This document shows, piece by piece, positions 24,008 to 35,608 of a DNA stretch of 64,000 nucleotides (within the stretch, counting starts at the first letter, position 1; every line of letters starts with the position of its first letter). The position numbers and the translations under genes were made by a program. The notes under the pieces were generated by a model. It ran no database searches. It had not been told where the DNA came from and was given only the letters and a program-made list of their open reading frames with translations. This stretch comes from Vitrella brassicaformis CCMP3155. Its lineage: Eukaryota; Protista; Chromerida. The stretch spans positions 25,272-89,271 of the forward strand of contig CDMY01000391.1 in the NCBI GenBank assembly GCA_001179505.1. Reading direction: 5' to 3'.

Positions 24008-25773
24008 TAGCCGCTGCGCCACACCATGCCGCTCCCACGATGCCGTACTACGCGCACCCGAAGATGGCGAGTAGGGTGGACCCCAGGCAGGGACTACTTT
24101 CCGCGGCGACGGCTGCAGCACTGTGGGGCCAACAGCACCCACACCATCAGTACCACCAGCAGCGACAGCACGAGCAGCTTGGTGGGATGAAGATGCAGGA
24201 ACCGCACCATCAGCAGCATCAGCAGCATCCCTTCTCATACATCTTCGTTGGTCGCCGCACCTTCTACCTCCTCAGCCTCACAGACATCCTGCGGCTGAGG
24301 GCCACCTGCACGTGGCTCAGGTGTCTCTTCCGAGCGCCCCAGCTGAGAGTTCGGCTCCGCCACTCTGTCGGCTCACAGGCGGGGCTGCGGCGGCTGGTCA
24401 ATGGACAGCAGGTGCAGCTGGTGCGGTTCGACGACGACCACTTCGGCGTGTGTGATCTGCTGGCGGCTGTGTGTGTGATGGAGGAGGGGGACTGGATGGA
24501 GATGGGCGAGGTGATTGAGCTGGCGGGGCAGTGCGGCCACTGTGACCTGCCCGTCATCCTCACAGCCGATGACATTCGCACACACGCCAGCAAGACGGTA
24601 AGGCACACACAGAGGGGCGGGAGAGAACAGAGAGGCCTCATCCCCTCTCTGTCTGTCTGTCTGTGGTGTGGTGTAGGCGTATAGATCGGTAGCTCGTGTG
24701 TTGGCGCAGCTGATGGTGGTCGGCCGCCACGTGGCCTTCGGTGACGGCAGCTGCCTGCAGATCTTCCGCCATGGCAATGGTGAGGTGCGGGCCATCAGGG
24801 ACGAGCCCTTCTTCCGGCTGCAGGTCAACCCGCCCCTCCCCGCCCACCATCTCTATCAGCAGCATCGACAGCCACACGACCCACCAGTGAACGGCGGCTT
24901 CATCTACTCGGACGGATGGGGGCCGACCGGTCTCCCGTACACCGATGCGTCGGTGTCGTCGTTTGCTAAGGACATGGTCCTCAACCACTTCAGCGAGACT
25001 CACCAGACCAATCGCACATCGAGTGACCTTGACAGGTAACACACTCCAATGGCACCAGTGGGTGAGAGGGGTGCGTGTTTGATTGTGTGTGTGTGTGTGT
25101 GTGGTTGGTTCAGGCGTGTTGGTGGCGGCCGTCTGGATGGCCTCCTCACACAATCGCCCCACACACCGGTGGCCGGATGCACCACCACACTCAGCTACGA
25201 CGGTGATTTCCGATGGCTGGTGCTCACCGCCGGCAGCCACAACTTCGTCGCATGGATTTCCATCACCGGATTAGTAAACAACGATGGGAAGGGAGACAGA
25301 GAGGCAGCTCTGCTGGTTAAGTGTCGCGTTCTCTTCTTCCCCTTGTGTGCAGTGGGTGTGCGTGTCGAGACCACTGAGGCGCCTGTGTGTGCGAGTGGTC
25401 CCTTCAAAGACCGCTTCCCTCTCACCACTCAGCTGGCCCGTGTGGCGCTGGGAGCGGTGGCGCCATACGTCTTCGACGGACAAGTACAGCAGCAGCAGCA
25501 GCAGCAGGATGACGACAACGGTACGGACACACACATGGATGGATGGATGGATGGATGACGTGCCTTCCCTCTCTGTGTGTGTGGTCTGCAGATTCCGAGG
25601 ATGGTGCTGATGAGGGTGATACGAATGACGGCAGCGGAGAAGGCGACGGAGGTACACAGCCACACGCACCACAGAGGACCTCACATTGGCCTGAATGACT
25701 TTCATTTGTGTGTGTGTGTCCTGTGCACTCGACAGGCGAGGGTGGCGTAGCTGAGGCGGAGAGCGGCAACTGA
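24004..25773 (+). CDS. Family member C, with a Gln/His-rich N-terminus
   Basis: HPFSYIFVGRRTFYLLSLTDILRLRATCTWLRCLF (F-box-like), then the shared core and acidic tail exons. Confidence 0.8.
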
Positions 25774-26155
25774 TCCATCCGTCAATACTGGTGAGCTCGC
25801 AGCGATTCACTTAGGCCATGTGGCTGATGTTGCCCTGATGAGTGTGCGTCTGTGTGTGTCATCAGGAGGGTGTTGGTTGCGTGCCGGCTGTCGTCATCTC
25901 TGCAGGCGATCCATGTGTGTGCACGATGGATGAATCGCATATCGCTCACTCTGCAGACATACAGACCAGCTGCTGATATGTGACCGAATGGCAGCTGTGT
26001 GGGTGTTGTGCTGAAGAGTTCCATGCCTCTCTGATGCATGCGTTGCATGAATGAATCGGCCCGTGCGTCCCTATTCTGTATGCGCAGCCCTTTGCGCAGC
26101 GACGCTCGCGATAGTGGCGGGGCCGGGAGAGGGAGAGGGAGAGATGGACGGCCAG

Positions 26156-26637
26156 CGCCAGGTGCGGGGCGACCAAGGGGAGAGCGGAGAGCGACAGACA
26201 GACAGACAGACAGACAGATCAATCCATGAGGATGTATGATCCGGGAGCAGCCAAAGCGGGGACACGCAATTGTACAGAGCGATGAATGTCATGTGCACAC
26301 GCATTCAGTTCTTCACGGCAAGCACAGCGATAACAATTGAAGTCCGCACGCACCACCGTCCGACAGGAAGACAGCCCTCGCTGCCGATCAATCATGCGCA
26401 CCGGCCGGAAAATTGATGGAAAACTACGAGCGGCTGACCTTTCTCAGCTCCACCAAGGAAACATACACAAATTGCGCCACCAGCCGGTGCGCTGACGTAT
26501 CTATCGCATCACATGCACTGCACTAGCGCTATCAAAATTGTCACATCCATGTGGAATCGGATCACATATCTTCATCCACTTGATCGACTTCAGCAGCTCC
26601 AGCCGTCCCCTGTGTCTCATCGACTTCTCCTCTGCAC
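26156..26637. repeat. Dispersed ~0.5-kb repeat, copy 2
   Basis: Homologous to 14259-14795 in the same orientation. Confidence 0.85.
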
Positions 26638-29600
26638 CACACAACACCGCACCACGCAAACCAACAGGGAGACAGACATTGGGACGTGATCCGATCGTTG
26701 TCATCATGAAATGCGGCTGTTTGTTTGTCTGTTTGTCACCTTCTCTGTCCATCTCATTCTCGACTGTGTCAGACAGCAACCGGCTTGACGGCGGCAAGCA
26801 ATCGTCGCGTCTCTTTTTCCTGCCCCTCCCTCTGTTGGCCATCTTGGCTGCAATGCCTCGTCCAGCAGGTGCGTCCATTAGAGCGTCCACCTGTTGCTGG
26901 CTGTCCTCTTTATCAGAGCGCAATGGCGCCAGAATGGCCCCCAAACGCTGCGAGGCACCACAAGTAGATAGACACAGACAGACAGACACACAGACACACA
27001 GACAAACAGTGTCAGACACGACACGTTTGTTTATGTCTTGCGTGTCTGGTGATCTGATTCCTCCCGTCTGGTGCCCCACCTTTCTCTTGCTGTATCTGAT
27101 GTCTCGGCGGCCCATGCCCACACGCCGCTGAGGCACGCCACGCGGCACAAATGTATCGAGAAGATGCACCAGCTTGGACATAGAAAAACTGTCGGTTTGC
27201 AGCGCGCTCTGGAGATTCCCTGCAAATGCCAACCAAAATACACACCACACGGATTCGGCGGTGGTCCGTCTGTCTGTTCTGTGTGGGATTGGGCTGACTA
27301 TTAAAGTTCTTGTCTGCTTCCCACCCACCGCAAAGAGCGATCCAGGTGGCGGCTTTGCCGACTTGGCATGGCACGGTCATCGCGATGCCGCCTGGAAGCC
27401 GGAGCTTTCCTTGTTTGTGCAGACGGCCAAGAGTGTGCGACGACCGAGCGCCGTGCTCGTCGTCCCAGAGGAAGAAGTGATAGAATTCATGCTCGTGAGA
27501 AGGAATGTAGCAGCTCTGCACGCACACATTATGCAGACGGCTGTCTGAAAGAGAGACCAGTGCTGTGCAAAGAGGTGATCCAGGAGGGACACGAAAACCT
27601 GCAGCACGTCACAGAGAGAAATAAGTGAGTGATTGACTGAGACACCCCTTACGCCTCTCACCATACCTGCCCGGGTATGTGTTGTGGCAGCCTCTGTCTG
27701 TGGGTGGTCTTGTGGGCTGCCACCAGTGTGTTGAATATTAACTTCATCTTCCCGCCGTTCTTCGTGATGTCTCGCACCAATCTGTCAGCAGCATGTCTCT
27801 TGTTCTCTTCGACCACTGATCGATCGTCACACATACGAGGTGAGAGTGCGCATCCGTGTCGGCTTACATGTTCCTTCTGACATTTGCCACTTCGTGCGCT
27901 TCCCTGGCTTCATGCGATAAGGCTCCAGAGGCCTGGGAAAGCACACCGTAAAGTACCTGCCTTTGTCTCGGCCTCACCCATTTCCCTTTGCCTTCTCACG
28001 TGATGGTCTTGCCGTTGAGCATGTCGATTAGCACCTCATGCGTCTCGCTGCTGCTCTGACCAAGAAGCGCCTGCTTTCTTTTCAAAGACTCCCAATACCG
28101 CCCCAGCTGGCCGTTCCTGTGCATCTGCTGCACGTAGCTGGCCAGGTGCATAGTAGTGGCGAGACACGGCGGACTGCCAGCCATGCCGAAAGCTGCGAGT
28201 ATCAGCGAGTGCTTGGATTTCCTGTAGCCGAGCTTCCATGCCCGTGAGTCGAGATAGTTGGCCTCTGTCGCCTGAACTTACACACCTCAATGAGTGCACA
28301 AATTGTGTCGTCGATGGCTGCACTACATGCCCACCAGGGTGAGATAGTTCGTGAGGACCATGTCTTTTACATCTTCAAGCTCGCCGTTCTGGTTACATTC
28401 GCTATTGAGATGGTGGACAATGTACGTCAGCGGCGTGAATACTCCCACCGTCACAGTGCCGCTCTCTAATAAGAAACGGGTGCCTCTCTGGTGTTCGAGC
28501 CTAGCGAAAGCCAGGGTGATGTCCGAAGCTATAATGTACCTGCCGTGAGCCACCGCTTGCACCAGCCACCACAGCAAGTGCCTTTTCACGACCACACTGA
28601 CCGCCAGCCACTGTCTCCACCGCTCTGGGCTGAGCTGTGTGAAAATCTTGAACAACTGCATGTTCCCAGCCCACTCGCTGCTGCTCTTCTCCCAGAGGTC
28701 CTGTGCCGCGACAGCGTTCTCCCGTATGATAAGATAGCCATTGTCGTTCGTGCCTCTTGTGTCTCGAGGGACTGAAAAAGGGATCGCATCGTAGTCAGCA
28801 TTGCGTTGAATGTCTCCGCCGACATCTGATACGCATACCCTACATGCAGAATACAAAGAAAGGAACAATGCCCTATGTGATCATCCATGGTGTCCTTGTC
28901 CTTGCACATACCTGTCTCGGCGAGGTATCTGAGGCACCTCTCTCCCTCTTGCTCGACCACATGCACCATCAGAGTGAGTCTGCCTGTGGACATTCACTAT
29001 CGTGTCTGCTGTCAGTATTCGCTGCCCTGTCTCGCCATACGGCCCTTCGAGAGCCACTCGCAAAACAGCACTGCTGTCAGCAGCAATCGCCGAGCCGAGG
29101 AAGCTCAGCCCGTTAAAGTTCAGCCGAGAGAGGTACTTGACGTCGGGCACCCATTGCAGCATGATCTGGACCATTGCTGTGTGGCCCTCCGAGGCGGCAA
29201 TGTGCAGCACTGTCTGCAGGCGAAGAGAAACGATGATGGAGACATGAGGGGGTTATTGGATTCGTAGTATATTGCCTTCTCCATCTCTTTGTCCGAACAT
29301 GATTTTGAGGAGGTCAGTCCTGGCGCCGAAAAAAAGCATAGCCTGGAGCACCCCGACATCCTCGTTCTTCGCTGCAAGGTGCACTGGAGTCCATAGCCGC
29401 TCAAGCGACATCTGACGGAAGACTCGTCTCCTATATATTTGGTCCCATGAAATGGCTCCCTCGGCCGCCGCTGCAGCAGTGGTGTTGCCGTCTCCAAGGT
29501 CCCAGAACGAAGTGACAATGTCATAGTGCCTGCAGCAAGCCGGGAGAAAATGGAAATGGCTGTGTGAGTGAATACTGCTAATGTACTTGCGGTGCTTTGC

Positions 29601-31203
29601 GATGTATGCCCTGTCCATCAGGAAGCCCATAATGAGCTACGCCATCTCGCCATTGCCATTTTCCGCAAGCACATGGAGCGACGATGTGTGGAGGTTCTTT
29701 CCCTCGCCCGGATGGAGGTCAGCCTGCATAACGATCTCGTCGTTGTGGAGTGCATACTTCCTTGTGATGGCGTCATCCAGGTTGGCGCCCATCTCGAACA
29801 TTTCTCTCACAAGATTCACACTGCCGCCCCGGATGGCATACCTGCAGACAAAAGGGAGGGACAAACACGGAGCACAGTGTGTAATGCGCACGCACGTGTC
29901 CCCTGCTTTTGGACGCCTACATGAGCGGGGTATACTCATCATGTGCATCGTGAATCGAAGCCCCGAATGCTGTCAGAAAGATGCCCTTGGGTGTGTTGAG
30001 CCACTCGCGCAGATCCTTTTCCATTTGTTCGGTCTTTTCGCTGAGGATGTTATGCGCCACGTTGTAATGGCCGTTCGATGCAGCATGGCACAACGGGAAA
30101 TATAGCGGGTCGATGTTGAAATCAGCGCGCGCATTTGCCCTGTTGACGAGCATCTTGAATATTCTGAGACGGCCGTGTTGGGCTGCCAGAGACATGGCCG
30201 AGGTGAGTGCAGTGTCGTCGGTCTTTGTAGGGTCGGCGCCAAGAGACAAAAGGGAAATCACGACTGCATAGAGAAACGCACATGAGGGTGAGCACTCCTT
30301 AAAGATGACACATACAGAGTGTACCTTTCTCGTGTCCATTCATTGTTGCCAGCATGAGGGGACTGAAACCATTGACGCCGGGGAAGTCAACAATCCGCTC
30401 GAACTCTCCCGCGCTGCACAGACCACACACGAAACTGGCTCCTGTTGCGTGCTCTTTCCTCTGGTCTTTCTTATAGAAATCTCCGTTTCGCTTGGAAGAG
30501 CATCCATTCCAGTAGCCTCAGAAGCCCGCTGCGTGCTGCGAAATGGACCGGAGCCTCAAAGTACTCGATGGCAATCGCCTCCTTTCTTCCATAGAAAGAG
30601 TTGACGGCCTTCGACTTGATCCACTCCAGGTCAAGCCGGAAGACATCGTCTGTCACGATTTCATCCACAAGAAAGACGAGAGGGTAAATGTAGTCTCGTT
30701 TCATGTCGGTTCACTCGCCTACCTACCAATTGCGGTCAGACGTTCCTTCAACAGGGGCCACTGTTTGTCCCTGTTGCCGCCCAAACCATACGAGAGGCGT
30801 ATCTCCCTGTGAATGACGATCACGGCCGCCTCGCGACACACGAGTTTGTTCCCGCTCTTGAGCCTTCTGCGCGCGTCATCGGACTGTTTTGTTGATGGAA
30901 GGACCATGTCGTAGATGAGTTGTTCACACTGCTCTGAGAGAAACAAAGGGAGGATCTTCATCACGTGTTGGTGTTAAGTAAATGATGGGTGTGTCTAGAA
31001 AGACCTTCTTGACTGATTCCTTTCATATGCCCAATTTCTTGGACCGCTCCGAGGTCCAAGAAATTGGGGACATGGAAGGTCCACCGGCTGAGTTCCTCCC
31101 TCCGTGCCTCTGGTGTGTCTGCTGCAGCGAGAGACGACCAGCTGGGCGGATCGCGCTTGTGTCTCAACTCAGGAATCGTGACTCGTACGTGCAATACAAG
31201 CTG
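26501..31203 (-). CDS. Ankyrin-repeat region of a large, probably fused and possibly disrupted gene
   Basis: Ankyrin motifs: APVHFAARSGLLRLL, FSPLMLATMNGHEKVVISLLSLGADP, AMSLAAQHGRLRIFKML, PLCHAASNGHYNV, TPLMYAIRGGSVNLVREMFEMGAN, TPVHLAAKNEDVGVL and VLHIAASEGHTAMVQIML. Apparent frameshift at ~30487 and in-frame TAG at 29637. Exon linkage below ~28000 is less certain. Confidence 0.7.
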
Positions 31204-31262
31204 AGAGAGACAGACAAAGGAATGAATGAATAGTCTCACTGAATGCCGCTCATGCCGCTTGC

Positions 31263-33297
31263 CTTTCTGTCTTTGACGCCTTTGACCATTTCTTGAACCG
31301 CTGTGTTGCAGAAGAGCAGCTCGATTTTGTGTGAGTTGTCAGAGCCATGCCACGTTGGCTCGAGGCCACCACCCGAGTAGTCATCCACACGATGCAACCT
31401 TGTGGCCGTGTGTGAAGTCTCTGTGGCGAGGAGTGGGATGCAGTTCTATACAAGACAACAACATACACACCAGAGACCAGATGCCATCCACCACCCTTCC
31501 ATAAATGTCCTTTTTGGTCCGTTCGGCTCACTTACGTAGCTGCACCGGATCGTTGTGGCCATAGCGAGGGAATCCCCACCGCACTCCTTGACGCCGGTCC
31601 GCATGTTAATGAATCGATCCCAAGTCAGCCTCACACTGCTTGGAATCGGCGCTTTCTGCCGCAGCAATTCCGACACGCTCTTGCCGTGAGTATTCAGCTG
31701 GGAGAAGTAAACACGACACATCGTCAGAACGAGGGCACCCATGCCTTCAGCTGACCTTCTTGGCGTATATATAGTAAATCTCTTTCTCGATGTCACACTC
31801 GTTGGTGCCTCGGCGGACATTAAAGTATCCCTCGTTTGCAAACTTATGACCCATGCTGTTGCGCACGATCCAATAGGGATTGCTGTGGCCGCCGCCCCAC
31901 CCCACCAGCACCATCCCATGTCTGCCTGTAAAGGGCGATATCCTGAAAGCATCAACGAGCCAATAAGAGTAGAGACGACGTGGTGTGGCTGCGCGGCGAG
32001 CTGCACCTGCCCCATGCGTAGACGGCGTTTTTGTCGTAGAGCTGAATCTCGTCCAGACAGTAGGCGAAGTCATAATAAATATCAGACTGCATGACAGCAA
32101 CACTATAAAAACGGAAGCATCCACAAAACACCACGTTACCAGTCCTGTCTCGACGAATGCGAGCGTTTCAATAGTGACTTACTGTGACGGGCAGACTACC
32201 GTAATGCATCAGCTGCAGCTGGATGCACTTGACCACCTACATGCACAGTCGTGAAAGACAAAGACACACTCGTCTACAGACACATGCACGGCTTCGAAGA
32301 GACCACGGGCATGTCTCACTTGCCTCTGCCCCCGTCAGCCGTCGATCGAGCAATGTGTCTCGCATGGTCGTGTCCGGCATCAAGAACACGCCCGACTGAT
32401 AATCTGGGTGCCGCCGCCCCTCGGGAATCTCGTGATAGTCCATTGCCTTCCATGGCCGCGGCAGCCTCGCATCACACTCAGGCACCAGGAACTTGCCATC
32501 CGGACTGTACCAAAGCATACATACACAATGATGTTGGTCGTCGTCCTTTCTCGTCGTGTTTGACCTTTTGCGCACGTTCTTGATAGAGCGACAGTGGTGG
32601 TTGTCATTGACCATCGCGGAGCCATGGATGTCGGAGGGCTGCATTGTCACACAGAGAAGACCTGTCTCTGTCAGGCTCATGGAGAGGATGATTGGCGTGA
32701 CGTTCTTGGCGAGATGATTACCATGCAGCCTGACATATAGGGCAGGCTAGTGTCAAGAGCCGCCCCGTTCCCGACCAGGTAGTCCAACGCCACGTGGATC
32801 TCGCCACCTGTCGTTCGCCAGACACCATCGATGGGCTTCTTGTCATTCTTTCCCACCTTCGCAAGTGTAGTCCTCAACACACGAGACAAGGTCCTGCGCC
32901 GAGAAGGTATGTCGATGTCCGTCCATCACAAGGGAAGGGGCGACACCGTGCTCCAGGTCACGCACACAATGCCGATCGGCAAACATGCCTGCTGCTGCGA
33001 AAGCGTAACACGCACTGCACTCGCGCTGGCACAAACAAACAGACAGACAAGGCATGCCTCGAGACACAGCACAGCCTGCTCATCCCACCTGATCTTCGAC
33101 AAGATAGCTAGGAAAGCATGTGTGCCATTTGTGTGAGGGCTGTCGAGGGGTCGAACTCATCCGGCACTTTGGCATCATAGTCACAAAAGCGAAGGTCTCT
33201 GGCGCCGATCCGCTCAACTTGTGGGTCTCTCTGTGTCCGAGCGCGATATGACACATCGAGGCCCTGAGCCTCCTGAGTGCGTTTCTTCTCTTCCTGC
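31263..33297 (-). CDS. Papain-family (C1A, cathepsin B-like) cysteine protease domain plus linker exons
   Basis: VPDEFD/PRQPSHKWHTCFPSYLVEDQ|RECSACYAFAAAGMFADRHC (catalytic Cys), FSAQDLVSC, CEGGEIHVALDYL, TGRHGMVLVGWG (His) and YWIVRNSMG (Asn), then GYFNVRRGTNECDIE. One +1 frameshift at 33147-33150. Confidence 0.85.
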
Positions 33298-34359
33298 AGT
33301 GTATTTCATGTGCAAGCTTTTACGAGCCGGTGTGAGCTAAGCTTGCAAAACCAGCACCGAACGGACGACTAACGACGTGCGTGCGCTGACTCGAAACAGC
33401 CTCCGTTTGAAAGGATACGTGTCGGCAGTGAAGATCTTTGATCAACGTGAGTGTTCGTGATTCCCCTCCTCTCTCTGACGAAGTCGCAGATCAGCAGCCT
33501 TGCCCCTTCTCGTCCGCAGCCTCGACGTTCAGGTATGAAGACACCGGTGCGTGCGTGTGTTGCGTGGTGATCAGGGGGTGGGGAGGGTGCTTGTCATGGA
33601 AGCGGGCAGCTCTGGCAGCACGAGAGACAGGCGAGTACTTCTCTCAGCGATGTGTCGTGCATCCACCTCCCCTCGTACGAGTCTTTCTTCCGGAAGAGCG
33701 AGGGCCCAGGCCGACGCCCATCGGGTGTTCCCTTGCCAACGCCGGGCGGCGGGCAGTTGCCTTGAGCGGGCCGGGACGAACTGGGTTATTCCAGGCGGGC
33801 AGCCTGCAGCGAACTCGGATGGGAGAGAGTCCTCGGACGGGACTGATGGGCTGTGATGGAGAGAGAGAGAGGGAGGGAGCGAGGAAGTAAGTGAGACAAG
33901 CCAGGTACGAGAGAGCCAGTGACACGTTTGATGGGTACATAGCTGTCAGTACAGAGAGAAAGCGAGGCAGCAAGACAGACAGATAGATAGACAGGCGCAT
34001 GTAGGCAGACAGGCAGGAAGGAGGCATTTCCTCACCATTTGGCTGAGGGCTTATACGGACCTTGTGCAGTTGATCGTCGACTAGACACAGGGCATGATGG
34101 ATGGATGGTGTGTGTGGGCGAGAGGCCATGCACACTGAATTATGGATGAGAGTCGTTTTGTCATGATGACTGACCGACTGACTGAGTGCTTTGGGTTGGA
34201 CTTGAGGAAAAATTGCCTTGGTGACTGTCCAGGGAACAGAAATCGACAGATGCCGATTGTGTTGGGCAGGTGGTCCCGACAGAAGAAATCCTCCTGAGAG
34301 AAAACAAGCATAGGAAACCGTGCGGGGTCATCGATGGATCCGTGAGACGTCTGACTGAC

Positions 34360-35376
34360 CTCGCATGTGTCTTGGTTTCTGCACTTCATGCGTGTGTATG
34401 GCAGCTGAATTTGGCCCTCCTTGAAGAACATCTGTTTGCTACTGTTACCTCCCCAGTGGTAGGCAAACCAGCTCTTGGGACTCCGCTCATACGTCACTCC
34501 CCTAAATCTCACTTCGTGATAGAATCTGTGATAGGAAGGCTCAGTTGTGGGCCCATTTATGTGGTCTCCCTGCCGACAGCCATGGCCACTCATCGGAATT
34601 TCAAACTCAAGGCGGACTCGTACACCTCTGCCCACAAACTGGACATAAGAGGCAAAGACATCGTCTGCAGCACTGAACCGCCAGCGCGGCCTCTTTGTCT
34701 TGCAGAGGCCGTCCAACTTCTGCTGCAGCGCTGTTGCCGCCTCCTTGACGATCGGGTTGGTGAGCTGTACGGCTGTCTCGCCATTGACGACATCACCGGC
34801 AGCGAGCTGATGGACGTAGGGGATGGTGCTCTCTGGCTGGAAGCGGAAGAATCTGTGAATGCGGCAGACAGTGCCGGTGCCATTATTCCATTGTTCGTCT
34901 TGCTCATCAGTGCACTCGGGATCGAGCATCTCGTTGAAGCGAAAGAGCACGAAGGGGTTGAGCTGTCCGTCGCCCTGGCCGTGATGAAGGGAATGCGCGT
35001 GGACGATCACATGTATCTCTGCGCCAGTGAAGCCCTTATGAGTGACCACAGACCCCTTTTGCCGCCTGCAGAGCCTCGCATCAGTGACCCTAAACTGAGT
35101 TGGTCGCAGTTCAGGTGTGACGGTGAGGGGGTTGGCGGCACGTTGCAGGTTGAGATCGTTGATGGCATCGGTTAGCAGCTCCTCAACCTGCCGCTTCTTG
35201 CCTTTCTTCCACTGCTGCGACTCCCCGCCGCCCACGGGGAACCACACCTCCGTGTCCGCTGGGCAGTCGCCGACAGACAGAAAAGACGCGAGATGGTCGA
35301 TGGGGCGAGAAGGAGTCCCGGAGGCCGTGGTCACCAGCATAGTTGCAATCAGCAAGGCTGTCAGCAGAAGCTTCAT
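34360..35376 (-). CDS. Signal peptide plus ~320-aa ectodomain exon, possibly tandem cystatin-like; may be the 5' end of the protease gene
   Basis: MKLLLTALLIATMLVTTASG signal-like start, long open exon and a GTCAGT donor. Cystatin-like segment PIVKEAATALQQKLDGLC...YVQFVGRGVRVRLEFE. Confidence 0.6.
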
Positions 35377-35608
35377 TGTCCAGCAGCAGGATGCCGCCGG
35401 GAAAAAAAGCGTTGCTTTGATTCTTGGGGGCCGGGGCGTCTCGGAAGCGCCCCCAGCCCCACCCCACTTCGTTTCCTTGCTGGGAACAAGCGATTCACTA
35501 ACTCTGTAGGCTTGCATGCATCCCCACACAGACGTATGGCAACACCAACTCGGCACAAAAATACACAAATGTATCAATGACATGTCTCTGTCTGGCTCAG
35601 TCAGTCAG

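Noticed and set aside
34270-35175. Long plus-strand ORF of 301 aa, and similar long ORFs at 48895-50043, 19901-20734 and 9251-10597
   Set aside because: Antisense shadows or off-frame readings of real GC-rich exons and microsatellite introns; no motifs of their own.
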